Shown here: positions 54,688 through 64,000 of the stretch, in pieces
How the letters are laid out: each line of letters opens with the position of its first letter
How positions within the stretch are numbered: the first letter of the stretch is position 1
IMG/VR virus record: IMGVR_UViG_3300033069_001311
Reading direction: 5' to 3' (one strand)
DNA: 64,000 nucleotides
Origin: an uncultured virus (IMG/VR IMGVR_UViG_3300033069_001311)
Lineage: Duplodnaviria; Heunggongvirae; Uroviricota; Caudoviricetes
Notes under the pieces: model-generated
What the model was told of the DNA's origin: nothing
Databases searched by the model: none
What the model saw: the letters and a program-made list of their open reading frames with translations, nothing else
Made by a program: the position numbers and the translations under genes

Positions 54688-54727
54688 CTTGACGTATGGG
54701 CGAGAATCCTCGCATATAGGCGGCGAC

Positions 54728-55144
54728 ATGAGCATGTTCTCTCTCGACGATGACGGAGACCTTTACAGGTTTGGTCCACGGAGGCTTTCCCGCGCCCGGC
54801 TCGCCGGACCCACCGTCCGGGACCTGATCGACGCACTCCGGCTCTTGGATCCGGATACGAAGACCAGCGTCACGGAAGTCCGTGCAGCGGACCCAGAGTA
54901 CGCCTTTGGTGGAGGCGGTAGGCGGACCCTTGAATTGGACGGGTTCGACAACCGGGACGAATTCGTCGCCGATCTGGCGAGGCAGATCAAGGACCTGGAG
55001 AATGAAGTCGGCGGCAACGACGAGGAGAAAAATGAGATCGAGACCTCTCTTGAGAAAGCCTACTCCGAGATCGAACGCCTGACCGAGGAGATTGAGACTT
55101 TGAAGGGAGGTCGGGGGCGAACTGTAAAACTTTCGCGCTCGTGA
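54728..55144 (+). CDS. hypothetical coiled-coil protein
   Basis: start MSMFSLDD after divergent promoter. Confidence 0.7.
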   Translation: MSMFSLDDDGDLYRFGPRRLSRARLAGPTVRDLIDALRLLDPDTKTSVTEVRAADPEYAFGGGGRRTLELDGFDNRDEFVADLARQIKDLENEVGGNDEEKNEIETSLEKAYSEIERLTEEIETLKGGRGRTVKLSRS

Positions 55145-55455
55145 TCGCGATACTCGCCGGGGTCGGGTTTCTGATTCTCGGCGGCAAAGTCTTGAAGTTG
55201 GAGAAGCGAGCCAAATTGGAAGATAAAGTCCATGCGACTGAGCTTGCTGACGAATGCCTCCGAGAATTTGGAGGTGTCTTTACCGAGGCGTCTTTTGTCC
55301 GGAGTATCAAAGGGTTCCACCTCAAGCTCCAGAGGATGCAACGCCTCGGATGGAAGTTGTCTGAATTTGTCGCCGACTCCGACCGGTTGCACTGCTCCCT
55401 CACTTTCACAAATGGGAGCGAGTACTTGACAAGGATCTTCCTGTTCGACCCATGA
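55141..55455 (+). CDS. hypothetical protein with N-terminal TM anchor
   Basis: GTGA-coupled, hydrophobic N-terminus. Confidence 0.55.
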   Translation: MIAILAGVGFLILGGKVLKLEKRAKLEDKVHATELADECLREFGGVFTEASFVRSIKGFHLKLQRMQRLGWKLSEFVADSDRLHCSLTFTNGSEYLTRIFLFDP

Positions 55456-55790
55456 CCACCACCCCCAAACCCACGGTGGATTACCTAGATCCATCGAGCC
55501 AAGAACGTATCGAAGGCTCGGTATATCGAGTCGGCACAGTCGCCTACGAACGGGGCGGAACGTACGTGTTCGGTCGCACCCTTCGCCGGATGGCCCGTCT
55601 GTCCGGGCCGTTCGACCTGCTCAAAGAGGACGCGTCCTTCATCGGGGCCGACGAGACGTTGCGGCGAATTGAAAACCTCGATTCAGTGGACGACGGCTTG
55701 TATCGGCTGTCTACCACGAATGAACAGACGGACTGGGAGACCGGAACTCTCGATTCGTACGACTATCTCCTCGTGCCGTACAAGCCATGA
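55452..55790 (+). CDS. hypothetical protein
   Basis: 112-aa coupled ORF. Confidence 0.7.
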   Translation: MTTTPKPTVDYLDPSSQERIEGSVYRVGTVAYERGGTYVFGRTLRRMARLSGPFDLLKEDASFIGADETLRRIENLDSVDDGLYRLSTTNEQTDWETGTLDSYDYLLVPYKP

Positions 55791-57115
55791 TCGCCACCCC
55801 CAAACCCTGGCAACCGCCCGTAATCGAGGCGATGGCTGACGCTCTGGCCGCCGGCAAGTCGTTCGGCGACTTCAGTGACACCGGGGTCGGGAAGACCTAC
55901 TCAACCTGCTTCGCCTCGGTCCGGGCCCGCGTCCGGTTGGGGGTCAGTTGCCCCATGTCCGTCATCCCAAGCTGGATCGAAGCGGCCGAGCGGACCGGCG
56001 CCCGGCTCTCCTTTGTGGGCAACATCGAAGCCCTCAAGGCGGAAGGCAACCAACTCCGGCGACTGGGAGCCCACAAATGGCATTGGGCTCTGGATTCCGA
56101 TGTCCGGCTAGTCTTCGACGAGGCGCACCGGTTCAAGCACTCGACTACCCAGAACGGGAAGATCCTTCGGGACGCCCCGCGCCCGGCGATCCTGCTCTCG
56201 GCTACGCCCTTCAGCGGGCCCCACGAAGCCTGCGCCATCGGGCACCAGCTTGGGCTCTTCCATTGGAACGACTTTGAATCGTGGGCCGGGCAGCATGGGT
56301 GCAAGTACGGGCAGATGGGCGGGCTCGACTTCGTCGGGCTGGTGCGGAAACCTAGGGACTGGGTCGGCACCCCGCGGCAATGGGCGGAAGCCTGCGAGCT
56401 GGAACGCCGGGCAATCCTCGACCGAATCCATCGCCAGATTCATCATACCGGTCGCGGAATCCGGATTCGGAAAGCGGATCTGGGCGACCTGTTCCCGGCG
56501 ATTACGCGGGAGACGGTCCTACTTCCAGCCGAGGACGGCGATGCGATAGACGCCGCGTACTTCGAGGAGTTGCAGCGGCTCAGGAGCGAGGCTCCGAGTG
56601 GCGGCGTCGAGTTCCTGCGTGCCCGGCAGATGTCGGAGTTTCTCAAGGTCCCGCATCTGATCGAGATGACGCGGGACCAGCTGGAGGGCGGCCAGAGCGT
56701 CCTGCTCTTCGTCAATTTCCGGGACACCTTCGACCGGCTCGTAGAGGCGTTCCCCGGGTGCGCTCGGATCTACGGCGGGCAGGATCTTGAGGGCGTTCCC
56801 CGCGAGGGTGAGCGGCTCCGGTTCCAGCGCGACGAGGCCCGGGTCATGGTCGCCATGATTCAGGCCGGCGGGATCGCATTATCGGCGCACGATTTGAATG
56901 GACGGTTCCCGCGGACCTCGTTCATTCTGCCGGGAGTCTCGGCGGAGCAGGTCATCCAGGCGGATGGCAGAGACCACCGGGCCGGCGGACTGACGCCAGT
57001 TTTGCACAAGTACTGCTACTCCGACTGTAGCTTCGAGCGAAAGCTCCGGGCGAAGTTGGAGACCAAAATAAACAACATCGAGCTTCTGCTCGACGGAGAC
57101 CTGATACCAGACTGA
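55787..57115 (+). CDS. superfamily 2 DNA helicase
   Basis: DTGVGKT, DEAH, LSATP, QADGRDHR. Confidence 0.9.
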   Translation: MIATPKPWQPPVIEAMADALAAGKSFGDFSDTGVGKTYSTCFASVRARVRLGVSCPMSVIPSWIEAAERTGARLSFVGNIEALKAEGNQLRRLGAHKWHWALDSDVRLVFDEAHRFKHSTTQNGKILRDAPRPAILLSATPFSGPHEACAIGHQLGLFHWNDFESWAGQHGCKYGQMGGLDFVGLVRKPRDWVGTPRQWAEACELERRAILDRIHRQIHHTGRGIRIRKADLGDLFPAITRETVLLPAEDGDAIDAAYFEELQRLRSEAPSGGVEFLRARQMSEFLKVPHLIEMTRDQLEGGQSVLLFVNFRDTFDRLVEAFPGCARIYGGQDLEGVPREGERLRFQRDEARVMVAMIQAGGIALSAHDLNGRFPRTSFILPGVSAEQVIQADGRDHRAGGLTPVLHKYCYSDCSFERKLRAKLETKINNIELLLDGDLIPD

Positions 57116-57125
57116 GGATACCATT

Positions 57126-57494
57126 ATGGGCTGCGACATCCACTGCTACATCGAATACAAACCCACCGGATCTGACTCTTGGTCGGACTTCGGAGGACGC
57201 ATCAATCCCGGATGGATGTACGTGTGCGAACCTGTCGGGGAAGGTTGTTGCACGCCATCCCGGGCGGAAGCGTGGGTCGAACGAGGTTCGTCTCGATACA
57301 AGGACGCGGAGAAGATGTTCGTGTCGAATCCCGATTGGCATTCGCACTCGTGGCTGACGACTGACGAGTACGCCTCGGTGGTTGAAGGGACCGGAGAACC
57401 GGAGTACGAGGCCATTCTCGCCGCGATGCGATCCTTCGAAGAGGGTGGGGCGAAGGCCCGGATTGTGTTCTGGTTCGACAATTGTCCGCTATGA
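57126..57494 (+). CDS. conserved phage protein
   Basis: MGCDIH...HSHSWLT..E...RIVFWFDN pattern. Confidence 0.8.
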   Translation: MGCDIHCYIEYKPTGSDSWSDFGGRINPGWMYVCEPVGEGCCTPSRAEAWVERGSSRYKDAEKMFVSNPDWHSHSWLTTDEYASVVEGTGEPEYEAILAAMRSFEEGGAKARIVFWFDNCPL

Positions 57495-57640
57495 ATACCG
57501 AAGTTTTGAAGCTCTTATTCGAGTACATCGACGCCCGGATAGCGGAGTTGTCGCCAGATGGCGGCAGTCACGATATGGTTCGACGGATGCAAGCGGAAGA
57601 CGATCTCCTGTCTATCGTCCCGGAGATCCGCGACCCATGA
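57491..57640 (+). CDS. hypothetical small protein
   Basis: MNTEVLKLLFEYIDARI, ATGA-coupled at both ends. Confidence 0.6.
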   Translation: MNTEVLKLLFEYIDARIAELSPDGGSHDMVRRMQAEDDLLSIVPEIRDP

Positions 57641-57810
57641 CCTCCCTCCTCAACCGGAAAGCCGTACGCAATGAAGCCCTTCGGGCGTCCCATGCCCGCG
57701 GCTTCACCCGGGTTTCCAAATCCTTCCTCGATAAGATCGAAGCCCACGTCGCGGAGCTGGTCGCGGCGGAGGTTCACCGGCACCCCAGCATTGGAAAGAC
57801 ATTACGATGA
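57637..57810 (+). CDS. small basic protein, putative minimal histone fold
   Basis: MTSLLNRKAVR...TRVSKSFLDKIEAHVAELV...GKTLR. Confidence 0.55.
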   Translation: MTSLLNRKAVRNEALRASHARGFTRVSKSFLDKIEAHVAELVAAEVHRHPSIGKTLR

Positions 57811-59186
57811 CCGACGCCTTTACCGCAGCCTCCGGCTGTAAGCTCCTGCCCAACGCCGACTGCTCCGTGATGGAGGTCGTTCCAATGGACGCCCCTACCG
57901 AAGCCTCGGAGAGGCGGGGCAAGCTCCGTCAGCTCCAAGAGGCCACGAATTGCGGAGCCCGGGACGGGAAAGCCGCCCTCTCTGAATGCGGGTGGGATGT
58001 TTCCCAGGCGACCGAAAAGATTCGGCTCCTCGGCACCACGCCCGTCACCAAGCTCGTTTCCGGCGCCACCAAGATCACCGACGATCTCCCGGTCTCCTAC
58101 CCCGGCGAGAGGCGCTCGTCGCCGTCGAAATACAAGTCGATCGAAGTCTCCCCCGCCTACGAAGAGGATAAGACCCGACCAGAGCACCCCATGACGGCGC
58201 GGGGCAAGGTGATGCACAAGGCCGTCGAGACTGGGGACGACTCCGAGCTGATCGAGGACGAATTCGAATGGGTCCAGAAATGTCGGGACGTGCGGGAGAA
58301 GATCGTCCCGGCGAATGCGACCGTGAAGCGGGAAATCCGATTCCCGATCATCGGGGCCGATTATGGATTCGTCGACGAGCTGGCGCTCATGCCCAGCTAT
58401 GGAATCGTCATTGATTACAAGTTCGGTCAGAACAAGCAGGAGGACGCGGAGACCAACTCCCAGGTTCAGGCGTATGCGCTCGGAATCCTGCGGACCTTCC
58501 CCTATCTGGCGCGGGTCGACGTGTACCTGCTCTACCCCAAGCTGGACATCGTCGACATGGCGACCTTCGCCCGCGCCGACGTCCCGCGAATTGCCGCCCG
58601 TCTCATGGCGATCAAGAAGGCGCACGATGTGGCGACCCCGGCGACGTGTCGGTACAACGATTCCACGTGCATCTATTGTAAGCACCTGGTGAGCAATGGT
58701 TCCACCTGCCCGGTCGCCGGGAAGAAACTCCTGCCCATCGCCCAGCGATATGCCGGGAGCCACGACATGGCGTTCCCGAACCTAGACTTCTCCCTCGTCA
58801 CGAAGCCCGAGGACTGGGCCCGGCTCCTGGAGGCGGCGCCTGTCTTTGAAGCCGTGGCTGACTCTATCAAGCGTCACGCTAAGGAGTTCCGGATCGCGAC
58901 GGGAGAGGAGATCCCGGGGTATGACTTGACGACCGTATCCGGGAAGCGCAGTATCACGAACCCGATCCTCGCGCACGAGATTGCGACCACGAGGTACGGG
59001 ATCACCAATGAAGCTTTCTTGCGAGCCGTGAAGGTCAGTGCCGCTGATCTGCTCGACCTTGCAAAGGAATCCGCTCCCCGCGGGCAGAAGGGGAAACGGG
59101 CCCAAGAGATGGAGGACACGCTCCGCGACGCGGGAGTGCTCTCCGTCGGGTCCGACTATCAAAAACTCAGCAAATCGAAATCATAA
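57807..59186 (+). CDS. PD-(D/E)XK (Cas4-like) exonuclease with EF-Ts-like N-terminal domain
   Basis: GFVDE, IDYKFG, QVQAYA, CIYC...C; N-terminal LRQLQEATNCG..DGKAAL.ECGWDV..A. Confidence 0.8.
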   Translation: MTDAFTAASGCKLLPNADCSVMEVVPMDAPTEASERRGKLRQLQEATNCGARDGKAALSECGWDVSQATEKIRLLGTTPVTKLVSGATKITDDLPVSYPGERRSSPSKYKSIEVSPAYEEDKTRPEHPMTARGKVMHKAVETGDDSELIEDEFEWVQKCRDVREKIVPANATVKREIRFPIIGADYGFVDELALMPSYGIVIDYKFGQNKQEDAETNSQVQAYALGILRTFPYLARVDVYLLYPKLDIVDMATFARADVPRIAARLMAIKKAHDVATPATCRYNDSTCIYCKHLVSNGSTCPVAGKKLLPIAQRYAGSHDMAFPNLDFSLVTKPEDWARLLEAAPVFEAVADSIKRHAKEFRIATGEEIPGYDLTTVSGKRSITNPILAHEIATTRYGITNEAFLRAVKVSAADLLDLAKESAPRGQKGKRAQEMEDTLRDAGVLSVGSDYQKLSKSKS

Positions 59187-59188
59187 TT

Positions 59189-59917
59189 ATGCCTGTATTG
59201 TCATTCGACGGAGTCGGAGCCGCAGCAACCGCCGCCTCCACCGCAGTTGTTCCGGTCGCCGCGGCGCCGGTTACGAAGTACGCCACCCCGGCGTCCCAGA
59301 TCGAAGGCGATTTGAGCGGGACGACCGTTCCGATTCCGTACCTCGCCCTCACCCAGAAGGCCTCTGGCGTGGTGGATGAGCATCCGGAATGGATGGGGAA
59401 GTGGTGTTACGATAAGACCACCATCGTCGGCTTGCCCGCCGACCCGAAGCAGTATTCGACCGAGCTGACCCGGGGTCTCGGTAAGGACTCCGTGCTCGGG
59501 ATCGTGACGAAGGTCAAGGTCGGGTATGAAGAGAAGGTGGAGTTCGACTCCGGGATCATCCCCGACCGCTGGAGTTCCGCCGCGGAGGCGCGGGCGAGCG
59601 GGAAGGAGTACCAGGAGGTCGGCACCATTGACGTGCTGTTGGCCTTCGACGGGGACCATGAGCAGATCCGGTTGGTGGGAGGATTCCAATTCCTTCCGGC
59701 CCGACTGATCGTGAAGAAGAGCGCCTACCGCAACGTCGCGGGGGCGATCGTCCGGGACTGCTCGACATGGTTGCACGGCGATACGTGCTCGGGATGGTAC
59801 GAATTCGCGGTGAATAAGATCACCGGGAAGCAGACGTACTGGAGTCCGGTGGCCAAAGGTGCCGGAAAGGTGTCGCCGGAACTCCGCGAGGCGATCCGGA
59901 ACGAGTTCGGGGTCTAA
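59189..59917 (+). CDS. putative ssDNA-binding protein
   Basis: IPYLALTQKAS pattern; between nuclease and polymerase; strong codon bias. Confidence 0.55.
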   Translation: MPVLSFDGVGAAATAASTAVVPVAAAPVTKYATPASQIEGDLSGTTVPIPYLALTQKASGVVDEHPEWMGKWCYDKTTIVGLPADPKQYSTELTRGLGKDSVLGIVTKVKVGYEEKVEFDSGIIPDRWSSAAEARASGKEYQEVGTIDVLLAFDGDHEQIRLVGGFQFLPARLIVKKSAYRNVAGAIVRDCSTWLHGDTCSGWYEFAVNKITGKQTYWSPVAKGAGKVSPELREAIRNEFGV

Positions 59918-59929
59918 GGGTTCATGCCG

Positions 59930-59959
59930 CCCGGGGTGGGGTCGCCCCGGGTTTCTCTT
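59930..59959 (+). terminator. rho-independent terminator
   Basis: CCCGGGGTG-GGGT-CGCCCCGGG then TTTCTCTT. Confidence 0.65.
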
Positions 59960-59961
59960 CT

Positions 59962-60045
59962 ATGGGATATGCAACCATCGTCATGATCGGAACTATCGTC
60001 TTGATTATCGGGACGATCCTGTACGCCAACCGGAAGAACCTGTGA
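59962..60045 (+). CDS. small membrane peptide
   Basis: MGYATIVMIGTIVLIIGTILYANRKNL, GTGA overlap with polymerase. Confidence 0.45.
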   Translation: MGYATIVMIGTIVLIIGTILYANRKNL

Positions 60046-61871
60046 TAACCGCGAACCCCGACTCCCCGAGCGGCGCCGTCGCTATCGACTTTGAAACCTC
60101 CTACGAGGTCGGTCGGGACATCAAATCCCTCGGCATGGTCCCCTACCTCCGGCACCCGGAGACGGACGTCTACATGGTCTCGATCTACGGCGAGGGCGTC
60201 GAATACGTCGGGCCGCCGGAGACCGCACCTTGGGACCAGATCGCGAACCGCCCGTGGGTGTCCCACAACATGCAGTTCGATCGGGCGGTCTACGACGAAC
60301 TCCGGCGTCGGAGGTCGGGATTCTATCCGGCCACTCCAGATGAATGGGACTGCTCCGCGGATCTGGTCGCCGCCATGCAGTGCAAGCGATCCCTCGCGGA
60401 CGCCATGTTCATCCTCGAAGGGCACCGGGTCGACAAGACCGTGCGCGACGAGATGAAGGGGGTCGCTTGGAAGGACCTGGATGACGTTGGTCGGGCTCGG
60501 GTGTCCGAATACGCGATTCTGGATGCCAAGTACTGCTCCCACCTGTGGGACAAGTATTCCTCGAATCAGCCGGAGTTCGAGCGCCAGCTCTCGCGCCACA
60601 CCGCCCGGATGTGCCACCGGGGCCTTGCCGTCAACGAGGCGAAGGTCTCCTCCGGGATCGACATCCTCGCCGACCGTCTATTCCAGGTCGAGAAGCTGAT
60701 CCCGTGGGCCGGCGAGCTGAACGAGAAGGGGAAGGAGATTCCGATCACGTCGAGCAAGGCGATAGCCAATGAGTGCCGGAAGCTTGGGATCCCGCCCCCG
60801 GCATCAACGGACGTGAAGTCCGCCCTATGGGACCGGTGGGAGGAGCAGTACGCGGAACAGGCGCCCTTCGTAGGCGCCATTCAGAAGTACCGGAAGATCA
60901 ACCGGGTGCTCGGAGTCCTGAAGTCAATCCGGACTCGGACGGTCGGCGGGATCTGCTACTACGAGCTGAAGTACTGCGGGGCGCCCCATACCCGGCGCTG
61001 GAGCGGGGGCTATGAGTATGAGTCAAGGTCTGAGTCAAGCTCTCTCAACATCCAGAACCTCCCGAAGGACGAGGTCGAAGGCGTCGACGTGCGCTCGTGT
61101 TTCATCCCGCGCCCCGGGCACCGGTTCGTGGTCTCGGATCTGCGACAGATCGAGGCCCGGGTGATCCTGTGGATGGCGGGGGAAGAGGGGATCTTGGCCC
61201 CACTCCGACTCGGCGCGGATCTGTACGACTCCTACGCCCGCACGGCGATGGGCTACCGGGACCCGCGACCGCTTGCCGAGGTCGATAAGGGGCTCCGGCA
61301 ATTGGCGAAGACTCACTGGCTGGGACTTGGGTACGGGATGAGCGCCGGCAAGTTGCAGGACACGGCCCGGAAGTACGGGAGCACCATCTCGGCGACGGAG
61401 GCAGAGATTGCCGTCAGCACTTTCCGTCGGGGTGTCCCGAGGATCAAGGCGAACATCTGGGACCCGATCAAGTCGAACCTCTCCCGGTTCGAGGTGGACG
61501 GAAAGGTGGAATTTGTGTTGCCTTCCGGTCGGACAATCCGGTATTTCGGAGTCCGGCGCGACGGCTTTGGGTTCTCCGGCTGTACCGTCCGCGGCGATCC
61601 GGAGAAGAACCTGTGGTTCGGCCTTGTTACCGAGAATGTGGTCCAGGGGACGGCGAGGGATGTGTTCGGCACCCGGATTCTGGACCTGGAGCAGAGCGGG
61701 TTCCCGGTGGCCTTCCACGTTCACGACGAAGCGATCAACGAAGTATCCGAAGAGGACATCGAATGCAAGGCAATGGAGATCAACAGGATCATGTCGACAG
61801 CTCCGGATTGGGCTGCGGGGCTCCCGGTGTCGAGCGGGACGGATGTCATGGACGCCTACTGCAAAAAGTAG
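60042..61871 (+). CDS. DNA polymerase family A with 3'-5' exonuclease
   Basis: IDFET, HNMQFD, YAILD; motif A DLRQIEAR, motif B RQLAKTHWLGLGYG, motif C HVHDE. Confidence 0.92.
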   Translation: MITANPDSPSGAVAIDFETSYEVGRDIKSLGMVPYLRHPETDVYMVSIYGEGVEYVGPPETAPWDQIANRPWVSHNMQFDRAVYDELRRRRSGFYPATPDEWDCSADLVAAMQCKRSLADAMFILEGHRVDKTVRDEMKGVAWKDLDDVGRARVSEYAILDAKYCSHLWDKYSSNQPEFERQLSRHTARMCHRGLAVNEAKVSSGIDILADRLFQVEKLIPWAGELNEKGKEIPITSSKAIANECRKLGIPPPASTDVKSALWDRWEEQYAEQAPFVGAIQKYRKINRVLGVLKSIRTRTVGGICYYELKYCGAPHTRRWSGGYEYESRSESSSLNIQNLPKDEVEGVDVRSCFIPRPGHRFVVSDLRQIEARVILWMAGEEGILAPLRLGADLYDSYARTAMGYRDPRPLAEVDKGLRQLAKTHWLGLGYGMSAGKLQDTARKYGSTISATEAEIAVSTFRRGVPRIKANIWDPIKSNLSRFEVDGKVEFVLPSGRTIRYFGVRRDGFGFSGCTVRGDPEKNLWFGLVTENVVQGTARDVFGTRILDLEQSGFPVAFHVHDEAINEVSEEDIECKAMEINRIMSTAPDWAAGLPVSSGTDVMDAYCKK

Positions 61872-61947
61872 ACCCCGAACCGCCGTCGGACGAGCACATC
61901 CGGAGGATGGAAGTGTTGATGGCTATGATGACGGTTTCGACGTGCTC

Positions 61948-62199
61948 ATGAACCGACGTTCTTTCCTTGGGGCTCTCGGAGTCTTCTCGATCCTTCCCGG
62001 AGCCGGGAGGGTGTGGCGGGCCGTCAGGCCACCGGTCTATCCGATCGTAATGGTCCCGGACGAAACCTCTGTGGCGCTGTTTCACGGCGGCGGTGAAATC
62101 GACATGTTCTGTGACCGAGAGGAAGCGGAGAAATTCATGCGGGCTTTCCAAGAATACATGGGGCGGCCCGTCCGCGTGTACGAAAACTTCTCCGCATGA
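61948..62199 (+). CDS. small protein with twin-arginine signal-like N-terminus
   Basis: MNRRSFLGALGVFSILP. Confidence 0.6.
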   Translation: MNRRSFLGALGVFSILPGAGRVWRAVRPPVYPIVMVPDETSVALFHGGGEIDMFCDREEAEKFMRAFQEYMGRPVRVYENFSA

Positions 62200-64000
62200 G
62201 ACTCTTCTCCCTCCCCAACCTTGCCAGTCACGAAGTCTCCGTCATGGACGTGGAGACGGCTCCCGTCGTCACGCGCCCGGAGTTCGCTTCCAAGACGGAG
62301 TACCGAGCTTGGTGCGGGAAGAAAACGACGGACCACGCGTTCGTGTCGATGATCGAGGGGCTCACCCCCGGGGTTCGGGTTTCGGCCGCCAATCCCCCGC
62401 GCAAATTGCACGGGCTCATCTTGGAGTATGACGCCAAGGCGCCCAAGGTCCCCGACCTTTCCGACGCCCGGTATCTGCCTGCCTGGAAGATCACGACCTT
62501 CAGCGGGAACATGCGCCTCGTCTTCCCCTTCGAGTCGCCGATCAGCGTCGACGATGCGGATCTAGCTCGCGAGTTCCAGAAGGTGGCGCACAAGAACCTG
62601 AAGGCGAAGCGGCTAGGAGCTGGCTGGGAGCCGGAGGAGTCAGCCAAGGCCGGGCAGTATTTCGAGATCGGAACTGAGTGGATCCCGCTGGGGGGCGAAC
62701 CCCTCGCTGTGGAGTCTCTTTACGGCTGGCTTGCCGAGGCCGCGACGAAGGTCCGGTGGGACAACAAGGGCACCGTCGTACCGTTCGAGAAGCTGCGAGA
62801 GCGAGCCGAGAAGGCGTTCCCCGGTCGGTGGGCCGGCGGATGGGCCGGGTTCCAGCCTGGGGCTCGGGGTTCCCGGTTCTGGGACCAGAGCGCCGATGCG
62901 GAGAGCGTGCTGGTGACCGAGACCGGGTGCGTCTGCTTCACCGGCGACCAAGCCTTCATGCCGTGGTCCGCCATCTTTGGCTCCGACTGGGTCCGGGAGC
63001 AGCAGGGCGGGGTCATCGGCGAGGCCATCGCGAACCTGTGGTGGGAGGAGGGGACCAGCAAGTACTGGCGCCGGTACGCGAGCGGGGATCTGGGCGCCAT
63101 GTGTACGATGGCGGACGTCAAGCTCCACCTCCGGGCGCAGGGGCTCAAGGACATCCCGACGAAGGGCGAGGAGTTCACCCCCGTCGAGCAGGCGATCTAT
63201 GCGTGCCAGATCACGCGCCGGGCCGAGGTCGTGGTCCCGCTCATTTACCGCCCCAACGACATCGTGATCCATAACCGGAGGCGGTACTTGAATACCTCCC
63301 GGGTACGGCCAACGGCGCCCCTGCCCGACCCCCGGTCGTGGGGCGAGGGGTTCCCGTGGGTGGCGAAGTACCTCGACCGGCTCTGGGACCGGGAGCAGAA
63401 GCTTCGGTACCTAGCCTGGGTCGCCCACTTCTACCAGCAGGCCCTCGCCGGGCGCCCGGGTACCGGATTGGCGCTCTTCGTAGCCGGCGACGGGAGCATT
63501 GGTAAGAACTTCTCGACCAACGCTATCCTCGGGCAGCTCTTCGGCGGGCACGGCGACGCTTCGAAGTTCGTGACGGGCAAAGACAATTTCATCGGGAATC
63601 TGCTGGACTGCCCCATCTGGACCTGCCACGACACGCAGCGGGCGGCCGACAACATGAATGGGCAGAACACCTTCACCCAGCAGCTCAAGCGGATCATCGC
63701 GGACCGGGAGCTGATCGCTCGGGCGATGTATAAGGAAGGCGTGGATGTCCCCTGGAACGGCCGGATCGTGGTCACCCTGAATACCGACCCCGAGAGTCTA
63801 AGGATGCTTCCGGATTTGGAGCAGACGATTCTGAACAAGGTCCTGCTGCTCCGGGCGAACGACCCCCGGATCGGAGACTTCCCTTCCGACGAGGAGGTTC
63901 TCGCGGAACTCCCGGCCTTCGGGTCATTCCTTCGCGACTACGAGATCCCGGCGGAGATTCGGGAACCCCGGTTCGGGATTCTGGCTTGGCACCACCCGGA
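62196..64000 (+). CDS. primase-helicase (AEP-like N-terminus, SF3-like NTPase), truncated by window end
   Basis: MRLFSLPNL; GLILEYD, TTFSGNMRLVF; Walker A AGDGSIGKN; open to the window end so absent from ORF track. Confidence 0.75.
   Translation, partial: MRLFSLPNLASHEVSVMDVETAPVVTRPEFASKTEYRAWCGKKTTDHAFVSMIEGLTPGVRVSAANPPRKLHGLILEYDAKAPKVPDLSDARYLPAWKITTFSGNMRLVFPFESPISVDDADLAREFQKVAHKNLKAKRLGAGWEPEESAKAGQYFEIGTEWIPLGGEPLAVESLYGWLAEAATKVRWDNKGTVVPFEKLRERAEKAFPGRWAGGWAGFQPGARGSRFWDQSADAESVLVTETGCVCFTGDQAFMPWSAIFGSDWVREQQGGVIGEAIANLWWEEGTSKYWRRYASGDLGAMCTMADVKLHLRAQGLKDIPTKGEEFTPVEQAIYACQITRRAEVVVPLIYRPNDIVIHNRRRYLNTSRVRPTAPLPDPRSWGEGFPWVAKYLDRLWDREQKLRYLAWVAHFYQQALAGRPGTGLALFVAGDGSIGKNFSTNAILGQLFGGHGDASKFVTGKDNFIGNLLDCPIWTCHDTQRAADNMNGQNTFTQQLKRIIADRELIARAMYKEGVDVPWNGRIVVTLNTDPESLRMLPDLEQTILNKVLLLRANDPRIGDFPSDEEVLAELPAFGSFLRDYEIPAEIREPRFGILAWHHP

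Noticed and set aside
57807..59186. Cas4 as part of a CRISPR system
   Set aside because: Solo Cas4-like nucleases are normal in phage replication modules; no array or cas1/2
62196..64000. Apparent non-coding or frameshifted region at window end
   Set aside because: A continuous primase-helicase frame runs off the window, so the ORF track omitted it

Overview
This window is part of a high-GC, podovirus-like tailed phage genome. No integrase, rRNA or host housekeeping genes were seen. Layout: (1) 88-12209 (+), early/accessory small genes separated by long hairpins, ending in a PRPP-synthetase-like plus NAMPT-like pair (NARP1-type NAD+ reconstitution); (2) 12193-48536, mostly (-), virion module with a 2967-aa polyvalent internal protein, holin-like genes, tail fibres/spikes, tail tube/adaptor proteins and major capsid, with the portal alone on (+); (3) 48654-50956 (+), HNH gene, an origin-like repeat/palindrome region and three tRNAs; (4) 50961-54640 (-), terminase, a Tad1 anti-Thoeris homologue and a putative scaffold; (5) 54728-64000 (+), SF2 helicase, PD-(D/E)XK nuclease, SSB-like protein, PolA and a primase-helicase running off the window. 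The most unusual signal is that six virion-module proteins start with Sec-type signal peptides and several are rich in TN/N-x-S/T motifs, while the core virion proteins lack signal peptides. This suggests exported, possibly glycosylated, receptor-binding/decoration proteins. Other candidates are a stand-alone PolA fingers (O-helix) mini-protein, an EF-Ts-like N-domain fused to the nuclease, a minimal histone-fold protein, and repeat-bounded modules in the giant internal protein. A Verrucomicrobiota/PVC host is inferred only from protein style. All calls come from reading motifs by eye; no database searches were run.
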